A stretch of 64,000 nucleotides of DNA from Planctomycetota bacterium (GTDB lineage Bacteria; Planctomycetota; JAJSAM01; JAJVHW01), in contig CBDFJG010000004.1 in the NCBI GenBank assembly GCA_965248445.1, positions 672,001 through 736,000 on the forward strand. Direction: 5' to 3'. Below are positions 19,349 through 30,155 of the stretch, piece after piece; position 1 is the first letter of the stretch, and every line of letters starts with the position of its first letter. The position numbers and the translations under genes were made by a program. The notes beneath the pieces are model-generated. The model was not told where the DNA came from. It ran no database searches and saw only the letters and a list, made by a program, of their open reading frames with translations.

Positions 19349-20488
19349 TCATCCGTCCGCGAGCAGATCGTCACAAGCCGCGCGGTACGCAGCCAGGTTC
19401 CGCAAGACCTCGGGCATGGAGTCGCCGCCGGTCTTCTCGAGGAGTGCATCGGCGAGGACCAGCGCGACCACCGCTTCGGCCACGACCGAGGCGCGGGGGG
19501 CGGCGCAGGCGTCGCTGCGCTGACGCGCGGCATCGACTTCCTCGCCGGTCTCGACGTCGATGCTCCGGAGCGGCTTGCGCAGCGAGGAGAGCGGCTTCAT
19601 CGCGACCCGGACGACGATGTCACCTCCGGTCGTCATGCCGCCCTCGATGCCCCCTGCGTGGTTGCGGGAGCGCACGACCCGGCCGTCTTCGTCGCGGACG
19701 ATCTCGTCGTGCACCGCGCTGCCGGGCCTCCGGGCTGCCTCGAAGCCGAGCCCGACCTCGACACCCTTCATCGCCTGGATTCGGCAGAGGGCGGCGGCCA
19801 AGCGCCCGTCCAGTCGCTCCTCGGGCTGCGCGTATCCGCCGGCGCCGGGCGGCATGCCCCGCGCGACCACCTCGATCACGCCACCCAGCGTGTCTCCCTC
19901 CGCGCGCGCAGCGTCCACGGCCGCGGTCATGGCCGCCTCCGCGGAGGGGTCCGGACATTGGACTGCGGAGTCGTCGCGGAGCCGGATCACTTCGTCGAGG
20001 TCCGTCGGCACGTCCGCGGCCGTGACACCACCGAGTTCGCGCAGGTACCCGGCGACGCGCACATCGGCCGCATCCAGGATCCTGGCCGCGACCGCGCCGC
20101 CGGCCACTCGGGCCGCGGTCTCGCGGGCGCTGGCGCGCTCCAGGATGTCGCGGGCATCCCGCGTCCCGTGCTTGAGCATCCCAGCGAGGTCGGCGTGCCC
20201 CGGTCGCGGCCGCGTGACCGGAGGAAGCCGATCCAGCGTCGCGTCCTTGTTGCGCAGCAGCAGCGCTACCGGACTCCCGATCGTGCGCGCGCCTCGCACG
20301 CCCGCGAGGATCTCAACGCGGTCGCGCTCGATGCGCATCCGCCCGCCGCTCCCGTGTCCCTTCTGGCGCCGGATGAGGTACGCGTCGATCCACTCGGCGG
20401 TCAGTTCGAGCCCCGAAGGGACGCCGTCGACAATGGCGACCAGCGCGGGGCCGTGAGACTCACCTGCCGTCGTCACGCGAAGCCGCAT
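19349..20488 (-). CDS. aroC: Chorismate synthase
   Basis: TAGESHG, RPGHAD, ERASARETA, NHAGGIEGG and RSD motifs. Confidence 0.96.
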   Translation of the reverse strand: MRLRVTTAGESHGPALVAIVDGVPSGLELTAEWIDAYLIRRQKGHGSGGRMRIERDRVEILAGVRGARTIGSPVALLLRNKDATLDRLPPVTRPRPGHADLAGMLKHGTRDARDILERASARETAARVAGGAVAARILDAADVRVAGYLRELGGVTAADVPTDLDEVIRLRDDSAVQCPDPSAEAAMTAAVDAARAEGDTLGGVIEVVARGMPPGAGGYAQPEERLDGRLAAALCRIQAMKGVEVGLGFEAARRPGSAVHDEIVRDEDGRVVRSRNHAGGIEGGMTTGGDIVVRVAMKPLSSLRKPLRSIDVETGEEVDAARQRSDACAAPRASVVAEAVVALVLADALLEKTGGDSMPEVLRNLAAYRAACDDLLADG

Positions 20489-20495
20489 CCGGGAC

Positions 20496-22016
20496 CTACT
20501 CCTCGACGCCGACCGGCGCCGCCGCGCCGATTTCGCGCGTCGACTCCTCGTGACCGTCCCAGCTCCAGATGACGCACTTCTCCTCGACGACGGTCTCGAC
20601 GTGCACGGGCCGCGTCCAAAGGGCGTGCAGCGCGCGCAGCGTTTGACGCGCAAAGTCCTCGCGCAGAGGTGTGTCCTCGTGCTCGTGCCGAAGGTAGAGC
20701 TCCGCGCGGTTCTCGAAGTTGGCGTCCACCAGCGCGATGATCGGCTGCCCCTGATTGGTGAGTTCCTGCACGAGCTTCGGCTTCACCCGTTCGGGGTCTC
20801 GGTCGAGGATGACGGTGCGGCCGGTCCGGGGATCGCGGCCGTAGATGTAGAGCTTCTGCTCCTCCATGAACTCAGGTGTCAGGAAAGCGTCGAGGAACGA
20901 CTGGTCGTTGTGCACTCTGCGCACCTCGAACACCTTGGCGAGGCCTTCGCCCGCATCGGTGTTCCACTCGCGCCGCTTCTCGTAGTCATTGCACTCGCGG
21001 TACTCGCGTCCGTGCGCGCCGCGATTCCAGCGATCTTCGATGTCGCGGAACAGATCGTGTCCGAGCCGGTACGGGTTGATCCGTCCGGGCTGCGTGGCGA
21101 GCGTGGAGGCGTGCTTGTCGGCGTAGTTGATGATCTCGCCGGGGTCGAGCAGCGAAGTCGTCATCAGCCGGCTGTGACAGAAGGACGCCCATCCCTCGTT
21201 GACGATCTTCGTCATGGCCTGGGGCGCGAAGTAGTAGGCCTCTTCCCGCACGATGTCGAGGCAGTCCGCTTGCCAGTCGGCCAGCGGAGCGTGGTGGATC
21301 AGGAAGCCGAGCACATCGCGGGTTGCCTCTTCCGGGAACTTCCCGCGGTCGCGCAGTTCCTCGGTCTTGCGGCGCCGCTCCTCAGCTAGCACCTCGCGAG
21401 GATTGATGAAGTCCTCCATGTAGCCGTGCTGCACCGGGAAACGGTGAACGTGCGCTTCGGCCAGGCGCTCCTCATCGATCTCGGGCGCCGCCTCGGGCTT
21501 CCCGTGGCGCCGTATGTAGAGGCTCAGCGGATCGATCAGGTTCTCGATCGACAGGCACTGGTCGAGGAACTCCTCGACCTTGTCGGCGCCCTGGCGGTCG
21601 ACGTGCCGCCGCACGCGCGTGCCGTGATTGGCCATGACGTCGATCATGCGCCGGTCGGTCGGAGCGAACCACGCATTGTTCCAGAAGAAGTCCGCGTGCC
21701 CGAACACGTGCGCCATCACGAGCTTCTGCTCCATGACGGTGTTTGTCTTCATCAGGTACGCGTAGCAGGGGTCGGTGTTGATGACGAGTTCGTAGATCTT
21801 CCCGAGTCCGTACTCGTACTGCTTCTGCAGACGCTGGAACTCCATCCCGAATCGCCAGTGCGGGTAGCGCACGGGGAACCCGCCGTACGACGCGATCATG
21901 TTCAACTCGTCGGAGTCGACCAGTTCGAACACGACCTGCGGGAAGTCCAGGCCGAGTCGAAGTGCGGCCTGCTCTGCTTGCTGCGCCGCGGCGCGCAGCA
22001 CGGGCGTGAGCGTCAT
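20496..22016 (-). CDS. spoVR: SpoVR/YcgB family protein
   Basis: RYPHWRFG, IYELVIN, AHVFGHADFF and NEGWAS motifs; ATGA overlap with the upstream gene. Confidence 0.92.
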   Translation of the reverse strand: MTLTPVLRAAAQQAEQAALRLGLDFPQVVFELVDSDELNMIASYGGFPVRYPHWRFGMEFQRLQKQYEYGLGKIYELVINTDPCYAYLMKTNTVMEQKLVMAHVFGHADFFWNNAWFAPTDRRMIDVMANHGTRVRRHVDRQGADKVEEFLDQCLSIENLIDPLSLYIRRHGKPEAAPEIDEERLAEAHVHRFPVQHGYMEDFINPREVLAEERRRKTEELRDRGKFPEEATRDVLGFLIHHAPLADWQADCLDIVREEAYYFAPQAMTKIVNEGWASFCHSRLMTTSLLDPGEIINYADKHASTLATQPGRINPYRLGHDLFRDIEDRWNRGAHGREYRECNDYEKRREWNTDAGEGLAKVFEVRRVHNDQSFLDAFLTPEFMEEQKLYIYGRDPRTGRTVILDRDPERVKPKLVQELTNQGQPIIALVDANFENRAELYLRHEHEDTPLREDFARQTLRALHALWTRPVHVETVVEEKCVIWSWDGHEESTREIGAAAPVGVEE

Positions 22017-23092
22017 CGTCCCCGCCCCAGGAAAACGCGCAGGCAGTCCAGGATCGCGTCCCGGTCCTCGATGTCGCATGTGACCAGGGTGCCGCCTGCT
22101 TCGAAGCGGCCGTCCAGGTCGTGCTTGAACTGCCCGGACCCGTACGCGCTCTTCACCTGTCCGTAGGCGAACTGGTTGCACTTCGGGAGCATGCTCTCGT
22201 CCAGAAGCCGGAGGCACTCGGCGGTGTCACCGCCGCTCCAATTGTCCCCGTCGCTGAAGTGGTAGCAGTACACGTTCCACTGATCGGGAGGATAGTCCGC
22301 ATCGATGATCTTGTCCGCGAGCCGGTACGCGCTGCTGATCTTGGTGCCGCCCGACTCCTTGAGGTGGAAGAACGAGTGCCGGTCGACCTCGCGCGCGACC
22401 GCGTCGTGCACGATGTAGCGGACCGCCACGTTGCGGTACTGCGACGAGATCCACGCATCCAGCCAGAATGCGGCGTTGCGGACGATCTCCTTCTGCTCGC
22501 GCCCCATCGAGCCGGAGACGTCCATCATGTACACGATGACCGCAGACGACTCAGGAACGCGTGCGACTTCGTAACTGCGGAAGCGCGTGTCCTCCGGACG
22601 GGGCATCACCAGCGGATTGTCTGGGTCGTACGTACCCGTGATGATCTGGCGCTTGAGCGCGTTCACGTAGGTGCGCTTGAAGTGGCGCAGGCTGCGCGGC
22701 CCGACGCGGCGGATGCTGCGGTACCGGTGCACGTCGGCCTCGACACTCCGCTTGCCGCGGGGCTCGATGTGCGGCAGTGACAGCGCCTCGCCGAGGATCT
22801 GTGCGAGCTCCTCGATCGTCACCTCGACCTCGAGAGCGTGCTCGCCCTCTTGCTCGCCCGGCTCCATGCCGGTCGCGTCGCCGGGATCGCCCTCGCCCTG
22901 GCCGACCCCTCCACCACCGCGCTCGCCGAACGTGAACTTGGGGAGGTTGATCTCGGGCAGCGGTACCGAGACCGTTCGCCCTCCCTGTCGCGTGAGGAGC
23001 TCGCCGTGACTGACGTACTTGCGCAGGTTCTCGCGGATGCGCCCCTTGACGATCCGGCGGAACCGGTTGACGTCCTGATCGACGCGGCGCAT
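22013..23092 (-). CDS. DUF444 / YeaH-YhbH family (vWA-like) protein
   Basis: MMDVSGSM, ESGGTKISSAY and HFSDGDNW motifs; lies between prkA and spoVR. Confidence 0.92.
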   Translation of the reverse strand: MRRVDQDVNRFRRIVKGRIRENLRKYVSHGELLTRQGGRTVSVPLPEINLPKFTFGERGGGGVGQGEGDPGDATGMEPGEQEGEHALEVEVTIEELAQILGEALSLPHIEPRGKRSVEADVHRYRSIRRVGPRSLRHFKRTYVNALKRQIITGTYDPDNPLVMPRPEDTRFRSYEVARVPESSAVIVYMMDVSGSMGREQKEIVRNAAFWLDAWISSQYRNVAVRYIVHDAVAREVDRHSFFHLKESGGTKISSAYRLADKIIDADYPPDQWNVYCYHFSDGDNWSGGDTAECLRLLDESMLPKCNQFAYGQVKSAYGSGQFKHDLDGRFEAGGTLVTCDIEDRDAILDCLRVFLGRGR

Positions 23093-23120
23093 GAGCGTCA
23101 GTCCTCCGATCTGGCGTAGA

Positions 23121-25187
<2,067 letters not shown>

Positions 25188-25336
25188 GTCGGTACCTCTC
25201 CTCGGCGGTCGGCCGGACGCACTCGTGTCCCGCCGTCTCTCGGTATGGACGTCCCGCGCGGCGCGCGCGGGACCTCCATTCTGTCAGCGATCGCGACCTG
25301 ACAACATTCGTTCCCGATGGGTCACTCCCCAGGCCG

Positions 25337-25744
25337 TTACGAGCCGCCGATGCGAGACCCGGCTGTCCAGGGGCGCGCCGTGAGGGCGTGCAGGAGAGCG
25401 CCGAGGCCCGCACCTATTAGATCGGCCGCAACGTCCATGCCGCTTGGATCGCGCCCGTCGACGAAGCTCTGATGCCACTCGTCCAGCAGACCCCACGCGA
25501 GGCAGAACAGAACGGCCGCGACAGTCGCACGCGCAACGGGCACACCGGCGAACGCGAAGCGGGCCAGGAAGCCGCCGGCGCCGAACTCCACAGCGTGGGC
25601 GGCCCAATCCGGGAATTCCCAGTCGTCGTCGAACGAGTCCCCCGTCTGCGACGAGAGGAACCAAACGAGCCCACACCACGCTGCGAGCGGCAGGAACCGC
25701 AGCGCGAGCCAGAGGCGTCCGGTGAGGTGGGGCGCGCGATCCAC
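25337..25744 (-). CDS. VanZ family membrane protein
   Basis: FLSSQ, AHAVEF and DEWHQSFVDGR...DVAAD motifs. Confidence 0.85.
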   Translation of the reverse strand: MDRAPHLTGRLWLALRFLPLAAWCGLVWFLSSQTGDSFDDDWEFPDWAAHAVEFGAGGFLARFAFAGVPVARATVAAVLFCLAWGLLDEWHQSFVDGRDPSGMDVAADLIGAGLGALLHALTARPWTAGSRIGGS

Positions 25745-25776
25745 GCCGCGAGGTTCGGGCGCCGGGGCCGCGCCGT

Positions 25777-27276
25777 CTACTTCATCCGGGACGAGTCGGG
25801 ATTTCCGGACTCGATCCGGTGGATCGCCTGACGCACGAACGGTTGCACCTGCACCCACTCGGCATCGTCGCTCTTCCACATCGACTCGAGTTTCGGCAGC
25901 GCCTCGCGTGCGCCGATCCGGCCGAGAGCATCGATGAAGCTGCGCGTCAGGTTGTAGTCGCCCTTCGCGGTTCCCAGGCGGTCGAGGATCGGCTTCACCG
26001 ACGACGGGTCGCGCACCAGCGTCAGGCCGCGCGCGGCGGCGCGGCGCACATTCTCCGACGAGTCGTCGAGCATCGAGATCAGCGTACCTGTGGCACGAGA
26101 AGAACGTGTCTCCCCCAGCGCGGTGACGAGCTCCCGCCGCACCTTCGGATCGGCGGCGCGGCGGGCGGCCTCGTCGATCTGAACGGCCGCTTCGTCGCCG
26201 CGCGCGGCGCGGAGCGAGTGCAAGGCGACACCGCCCAGCCCTGCGTCGTCGGACTCGGCCACGCGCAGCACCGGCGCGAGCAGTTCGCCGCCCATCGCCG
26301 CGGCGGCTGCGAGGGCGCTGCCGCGCAAGCGCAGCCGTTCCGACTCGCTCTCGATTCCCTCCAGGGCGGTCGTGTCGTCGATGAGCTGCCGGATCGCGAG
26401 GCGCAGCTCCGCTTCGGCGGCGCTGCCGTGCAGCAGTGCGATCTTGAGGATCTGCCGGGTCAGCATCGCGTCGCCGGCGTCGCGGGCGCCGCGTAGCGTG
26501 TCGGCCAGTACGCGGCCGGAGCCGGGCGACTTCCCGAGCGCCGTGACGACGGCGTCCCGTTCCCGGTGCTCCGGACCGAGCCGGATCATGAGGTCGGTCA
26601 GCGCGCGCGCCGCACCATCGCCTCCGACGGCGCCGAGCGCGAACGCACCGTGGCGAACGATGCGCGGATCGAGTTCCTCGACAGAGAGCAGCGCGATCAA
26701 CTGAGTGCGTGATCCCGCGTTACCGCTACGCGCCAGCGCGTCGAGCGCGGCCAGTCGGCTGTCGAGCGAGTGGGCTTCGTTGGATGCGTGCGCCCCGAGG
26801 ATACGGCCGGCGTCCTCTCCCGTGATCCCGCCGAGCGAGAGAACGGCGTCGATGCGCGTCTCCGGCGCCTCCAACAGGGAGATCAAGTTGTCAACGACAT
26901 CGCTGGGGATCGGCTGCCCGTTCTGCTGGAGAACGTCGATCTGCCGGCGGATCTCCTCCCAGTGGTGCGCGGCGAGGGCGGCCCGCAGCGACTCCGCATT
27001 GACGACGAACACCTCACCGTGCGGCGTGCGGCTGCCGAACGGGACCAGGATGCCGTCGTCCTCGTGTTCGATCCCGACGCCACCGTCGACGTCGGTGCGA
27101 TCCCGGCCGCCCCGGCCGGGGACCACCATCTCGACTACGTCGTCGTGGAACTCGGGCAGGTCGTCGTCGCCGGATCCTCCGCCGAACACGACGAGCACCG
27201 CCGTCGCGACGATGGCCGCGACGGCGGCAACGATGCCCAGGAGCAGGAGGCGCGAGGCGCCGCGGGAACTGTCCAT
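25777..27276 (-). CDS. Membrane-anchored HEAT-repeat protein
   Basis: N-terminal TM helix; repeats such as LDDSSENVRRAAARGL and ALGRIG. Confidence 0.8.
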   Translation of the reverse strand: MDSSRGASRLLLLGIVAAVAAIVATAVLVVFGGGSGDDDLPEFHDDVVEMVVPGRGGRDRTDVDGGVGIEHEDDGILVPFGSRTPHGEVFVVNAESLRAALAAHHWEEIRRQIDVLQQNGQPIPSDVVDNLISLLEAPETRIDAVLSLGGITGEDAGRILGAHASNEAHSLDSRLAALDALARSGNAGSRTQLIALLSVEELDPRIVRHGAFALGAVGGDGAARALTDLMIRLGPEHRERDAVVTALGKSPGSGRVLADTLRGARDAGDAMLTRQILKIALLHGSAAEAELRLAIRQLIDDTTALEGIESESERLRLRGSALAAAAAMGGELLAPVLRVAESDDAGLGGVALHSLRAARGDEAAVQIDEAARRAADPKVRRELVTALGETRSSRATGTLISMLDDSSENVRRAAARGLTLVRDPSSVKPILDRLGTAKGDYNLTRSFIDALGRIGAREALPKLESMWKSDDAEWVQVQPFVRQAIHRIESGNPDSSRMK

Positions 27277-27465
27277 GTCGGTAACGAACCTACCACGGGG
27301 TTGCGGGAGCGGCCGCGCGCCCCCCGATGAGTGTTGCTGGGGCGCCGCGCCGTCCGGGGAAGCCCGGACATCCCTGAGAGAGCCCCACCCGACCAACTTC
27401 GCAGCCTGAGAGCCCGACCGCTCCATTGGACGGATCGCGGCGCGTCGTCGTCCCAGAAATCGGGC

Positions 27466-28137
27466 TCAGCGCGCCGCCGCCGCCACCAGCTCCGCGAAGA
27501 GGCTCAGATCGAGACCGGGTGCATTGCCGTCCTTCTCCGGGTGCCACTGCACGCCGAGGCAGAACGGCCCGGGGCCCTCGACCGCCTCGACGCACCCGTC
27601 CTCGGACCAGGCCGAGGCGCGGAGCCTGTCGGCCACGCGCCCGACCGCCTGATGGTGGTGCGAGTTGACCGAGGGCGTTGGAGTGGCTCCTGCAAGCCGT
27701 GCGATCAGCGACCCCTCCGCGAGGCGCAGGCTGTGCCGCGCGCCGGCGGTGTGGTCCGCGCGGCCGCGAACGTCGGGCAGGTGCTGATCAAGGTCGCCGC
27801 CGAGGGCGACGTTGAGCATCTGGAGCCCGCGGCACACGCCGAGCAGGGGCACGCGGGCGGCGGCGGCGGCTCGGCAGAGCGCCATCTCGTACGCGTCGCG
27901 GTCGTCGTGGTCACGCGTGATCGCGGGATGATCGCCCTGCCCGAAGAGGCTCCCCGCGGGATCGTCACCACCGCACAAGACAAGCGCGTCGAACGACGTG
28001 GCATCGGCCGCGCCGTCCCGGCGGTCCTGCCAGCGCAGGACCGTGACGCCGGCGCCGGCAGCGCGAAGCGGATCCACATAGTCTCCGGTCTTGCCGAAGC
28101 CCTGGTCCACGACGCCGACATGCACGCGCTTCACCAT
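27466..28137 (-). CDS. Peptidase C26 / gamma-glutamyl-GABA hydrolase family glutamine amidotransferase
   Basis: LGVCRGLQMLNVALGG, VNSHHHQAV and GVQWHPE motifs. Confidence 0.9.
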   Translation of the reverse strand: MVKRVHVGVVDQGFGKTGDYVDPLRAAGAGVTVLRWQDRRDGAADATSFDALVLCGGDDPAGSLFGQGDHPAITRDHDDRDAYEMALCRAAAAARVPLLGVCRGLQMLNVALGGDLDQHLPDVRGRADHTAGARHSLRLAEGSLIARLAGATPTPSVNSHHHQAVGRVADRLRASAWSEDGCVEAVEGPGPFCLGVQWHPEKDGNAPGLDLSLFAELVAAAAR

Positions 28138-28183
28138 GACGGAGAGCGTCGCACACAGCACGGACTCCGCGTAGATTCGCGGC

Positions 28184-29185
28184 ATGCCTACGCCGCGCGC
28201 CGACGTGCACGTGGTGCGCGCGCCGGCGCGCATCGATCTGGCCGGCGGCACGCTGGACATCTGGCCGATCTGCCTGCTCGAACCCGGTGCCGTCACCGTC
28301 AACCTCGCGATCGACCGTCTTGCGACGGCACGCGTCGTGCACCGCGGCGACGGCCAGCTCCTGCTGGCCGCCAGCGACCGCGGCATCGTCGAGCGCCACG
28401 GGACCGGCGAGTCCCTGCACGACTCCGCACTGCCGCTGCACGCGGCGGTCGCGCGGCACCTCGCGCCCGGGATGGCGCTCGAGATACGGACGAAGAGCGG
28501 CGTACCGGCCGGGTCGGGCCTGGGCGGCTCGTCGACACTGGTGATCGCGATGCTGCGCGCCGTTGGGCAGGCGACGGGCCGGCGGCTTTCCGCGCCCCGA
28601 CTCCTGCGACTGGCGATGGACCTCGAAGCCGGCGTCCTCGGGGTACCGACCGGCGTGCAGGACCACGTGGCCGCCCTCCACGGTGGACTCAGCGAGATCC
28701 GGTATCCGCCCGGCGGCGCCTTGCGCACCGGACTGCGGACCGACGTCGACGAGTTGTCGCGGCGGCTGGTCCTTGCGTACACGGGCAAGCCACACGACTC
28801 AGCGGTCAACAACTGGGAGATCACCCGCCGGTACATCGAGGGAGACGCGGACGTCCGCCGGCATCTCGGCGACGTCGCTCGCGCTGCGCGGGCCATGGTG
28901 GCGGCGCTGCGCACGAACGACCTCGACGCGGCGGCCAGCGCAATGTCTGCGGAGTGGAAGGCGCGGAAGCGGCTCGCGCCAGGCGTCACGACCCCCGCGA
29001 TCGAACGGCTCGGGCGGGCTGCGCGCAAGGTGGGCGCCCGGGCGATGAAGGTCTGCGGAGCGGGCGGCGGCGGATCCGTTGTGTTCTTCTGCGAGAAGGG
29101 GAAGCGCTCGGCGGTCGAACGCGCCGTTCGCGCGGCGAACCACCGCGTGCTCCGGTTCAAGCCACATCGAACCGGTGCAGAGTGA
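28184..29185 (+). CDS. GHMP kinase (HddA-like sugar-phosphate kinase)
   Basis: RAPARIDLAGGTLD, PAGSGLGGSS, GVQD and GAGGGG motifs. Confidence 0.88.
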   Translation: MPTPRADVHVVRAPARIDLAGGTLDIWPICLLEPGAVTVNLAIDRLATARVVHRGDGQLLLAASDRGIVERHGTGESLHDSALPLHAAVARHLAPGMALEIRTKSGVPAGSGLGGSSTLVIAMLRAVGQATGRRLSAPRLLRLAMDLEAGVLGVPTGVQDHVAALHGGLSEIRYPPGGALRTGLRTDVDELSRRLVLAYTGKPHDSAVNNWEITRRYIEGDADVRRHLGDVARAARAMVAALRTNDLDAAASAMSAEWKARKRLAPGVTTPAIERLGRAARKVGARAMKVCGAGGGGSVVFFCEKGKRSAVERAVRAANHRVLRFKPHRTGAE

Positions 29186-29202
29186 CCTCCCGGAGTTGCG
29201 GC

Positions 29203-29895
29203 GTGAGCGCGGAGTTCCACGGAGTCGTTCTCGATCTTGACGACACGCTGATCGACACGACGCGTCTCCTCGTACCAGCCGCGGATCGCCGGGCGGCCGG
29301 AGCGCTGATCGCGCACGGGGCACCCGCCGACGAGGAGGGTCTCCTCGCTCGTTTCGGACTGCTGCGGCGCCAAGGCGTGGTGGCCGTGTTCGAGGAGGTC
29401 GCTCGGGAGTACGGACTCCCCGCCCAGGCGGCCGAAGCGGCCGAAGACACGTTCTTCCGCTACGACGTGCCGGACCTCCAGCTCACGGCGCAGGTCGTGG
29501 CGGCGCTCGCGGAATTGCGCGAGATCGCACCGCTCGCGTTGCTCACGTTCGGCGACCTCGACACGCAGTGGTCCAAGATCCGCACCCTGGGCCTCGACGC
29601 CGCCGGCGCGTTCGCGGCGCTGCGCGTGGTCGCGCGCCGCGACGCGGGCGGCAAGGCCGTCGCGCTGGCGGCGCTCCTGAACGAGCTCGGCTGGGCACCC
29701 GTCCACGTCGTGATGTGCGGCGACAACCCGGCCAGCGACATCCGCGCGGCAAACACCTGCGGCTGCATCAGCGTGCGAGTGCGGCGGGACGGCGCCGAGT
29801 TCGCGAGGGCCGGGTCCGACGTCCCGCTGGAGCAAGCGGACCACGAGATCGGGAGCGTGACCGAGTTGCCGGCGCTGCTGCGGCGATTGGGATAG
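29203..29895 (+). CDS. HAD-superfamily hydrolase
   Basis: DLDDTLID motif I and GDNPASDI motif IV; alternative start GTG29182 overlaps the kinase stop. Confidence 0.85.
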   Translation: MSAEFHGVVLDLDDTLIDTTRLLVPAADRRAAGALIAHGAPADEEGLLARFGLLRRQGVVAVFEEVAREYGLPAQAAEAAEDTFFRYDVPDLQLTAQVVAALAELREIAPLALLTFGDLDTQWSKIRTLGLDAAGAFAALRVVARRDAGGKAVALAALLNELGWAPVHVVMCGDNPASDIRAANTCGCISVRVRRDGAEFARAGSDVPLEQADHEIGSVTELPALLRRLG

Positions 29896-29914
29896 GCCTC
29901 CCGCCGGGCTTATC

Positions 29915-29996
29915 GCGGGCGGGCGTGGAAGCCCGCCCCTACGTCGGTGGCGGTGGCCGCCCTTCGGCCGCGGGCGGGGCAGCGCCCCGCCCCTAC
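29915..29996 (-). repeat. Two tandem GTAG-type REP palindromes
   Basis: Reverse complements read GTAGGGGCGGGCTTCCACGCCCGCCCGC (29915-29942) and GTAGGGGCGGGGCGCTGCCCCGCCCGC (29970-29996). Confidence 0.75.
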
Positions 29997-30114
29997 AGCA
30001 ACCTTGCTCTCGTTGCGTGAACAGCGGAGGGCGGGCCGGTTGCGGAGCAAGCGGCGTGACCGAAGCCCCTCCGCAGCGTCCGGAGGACGCGGAGGAAGGG
30101 AAACACGCGAGCAA

Positions 30115-30155
30115 GTGAAGGCAAGCTGATCGCTACGCGATCAGCTTGCCTTCAC
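30115..30155. terminator. Perfect 19-bp hairpin overlapping the smc stop (terminator or repeat element)
   Basis: GTGAAGGCAAGCTGATCGC-TAC-GCGATCAGCTTGCCTTCAC between convergent genes. Confidence 0.55.

Noticed and set aside
27331..30114. Apparent 854-aa and 882-aa fusion proteins containing the HAD and C26 domains
   Set aside because: Upstream extensions overlap other real genes; true starts are near 29203 and 28137
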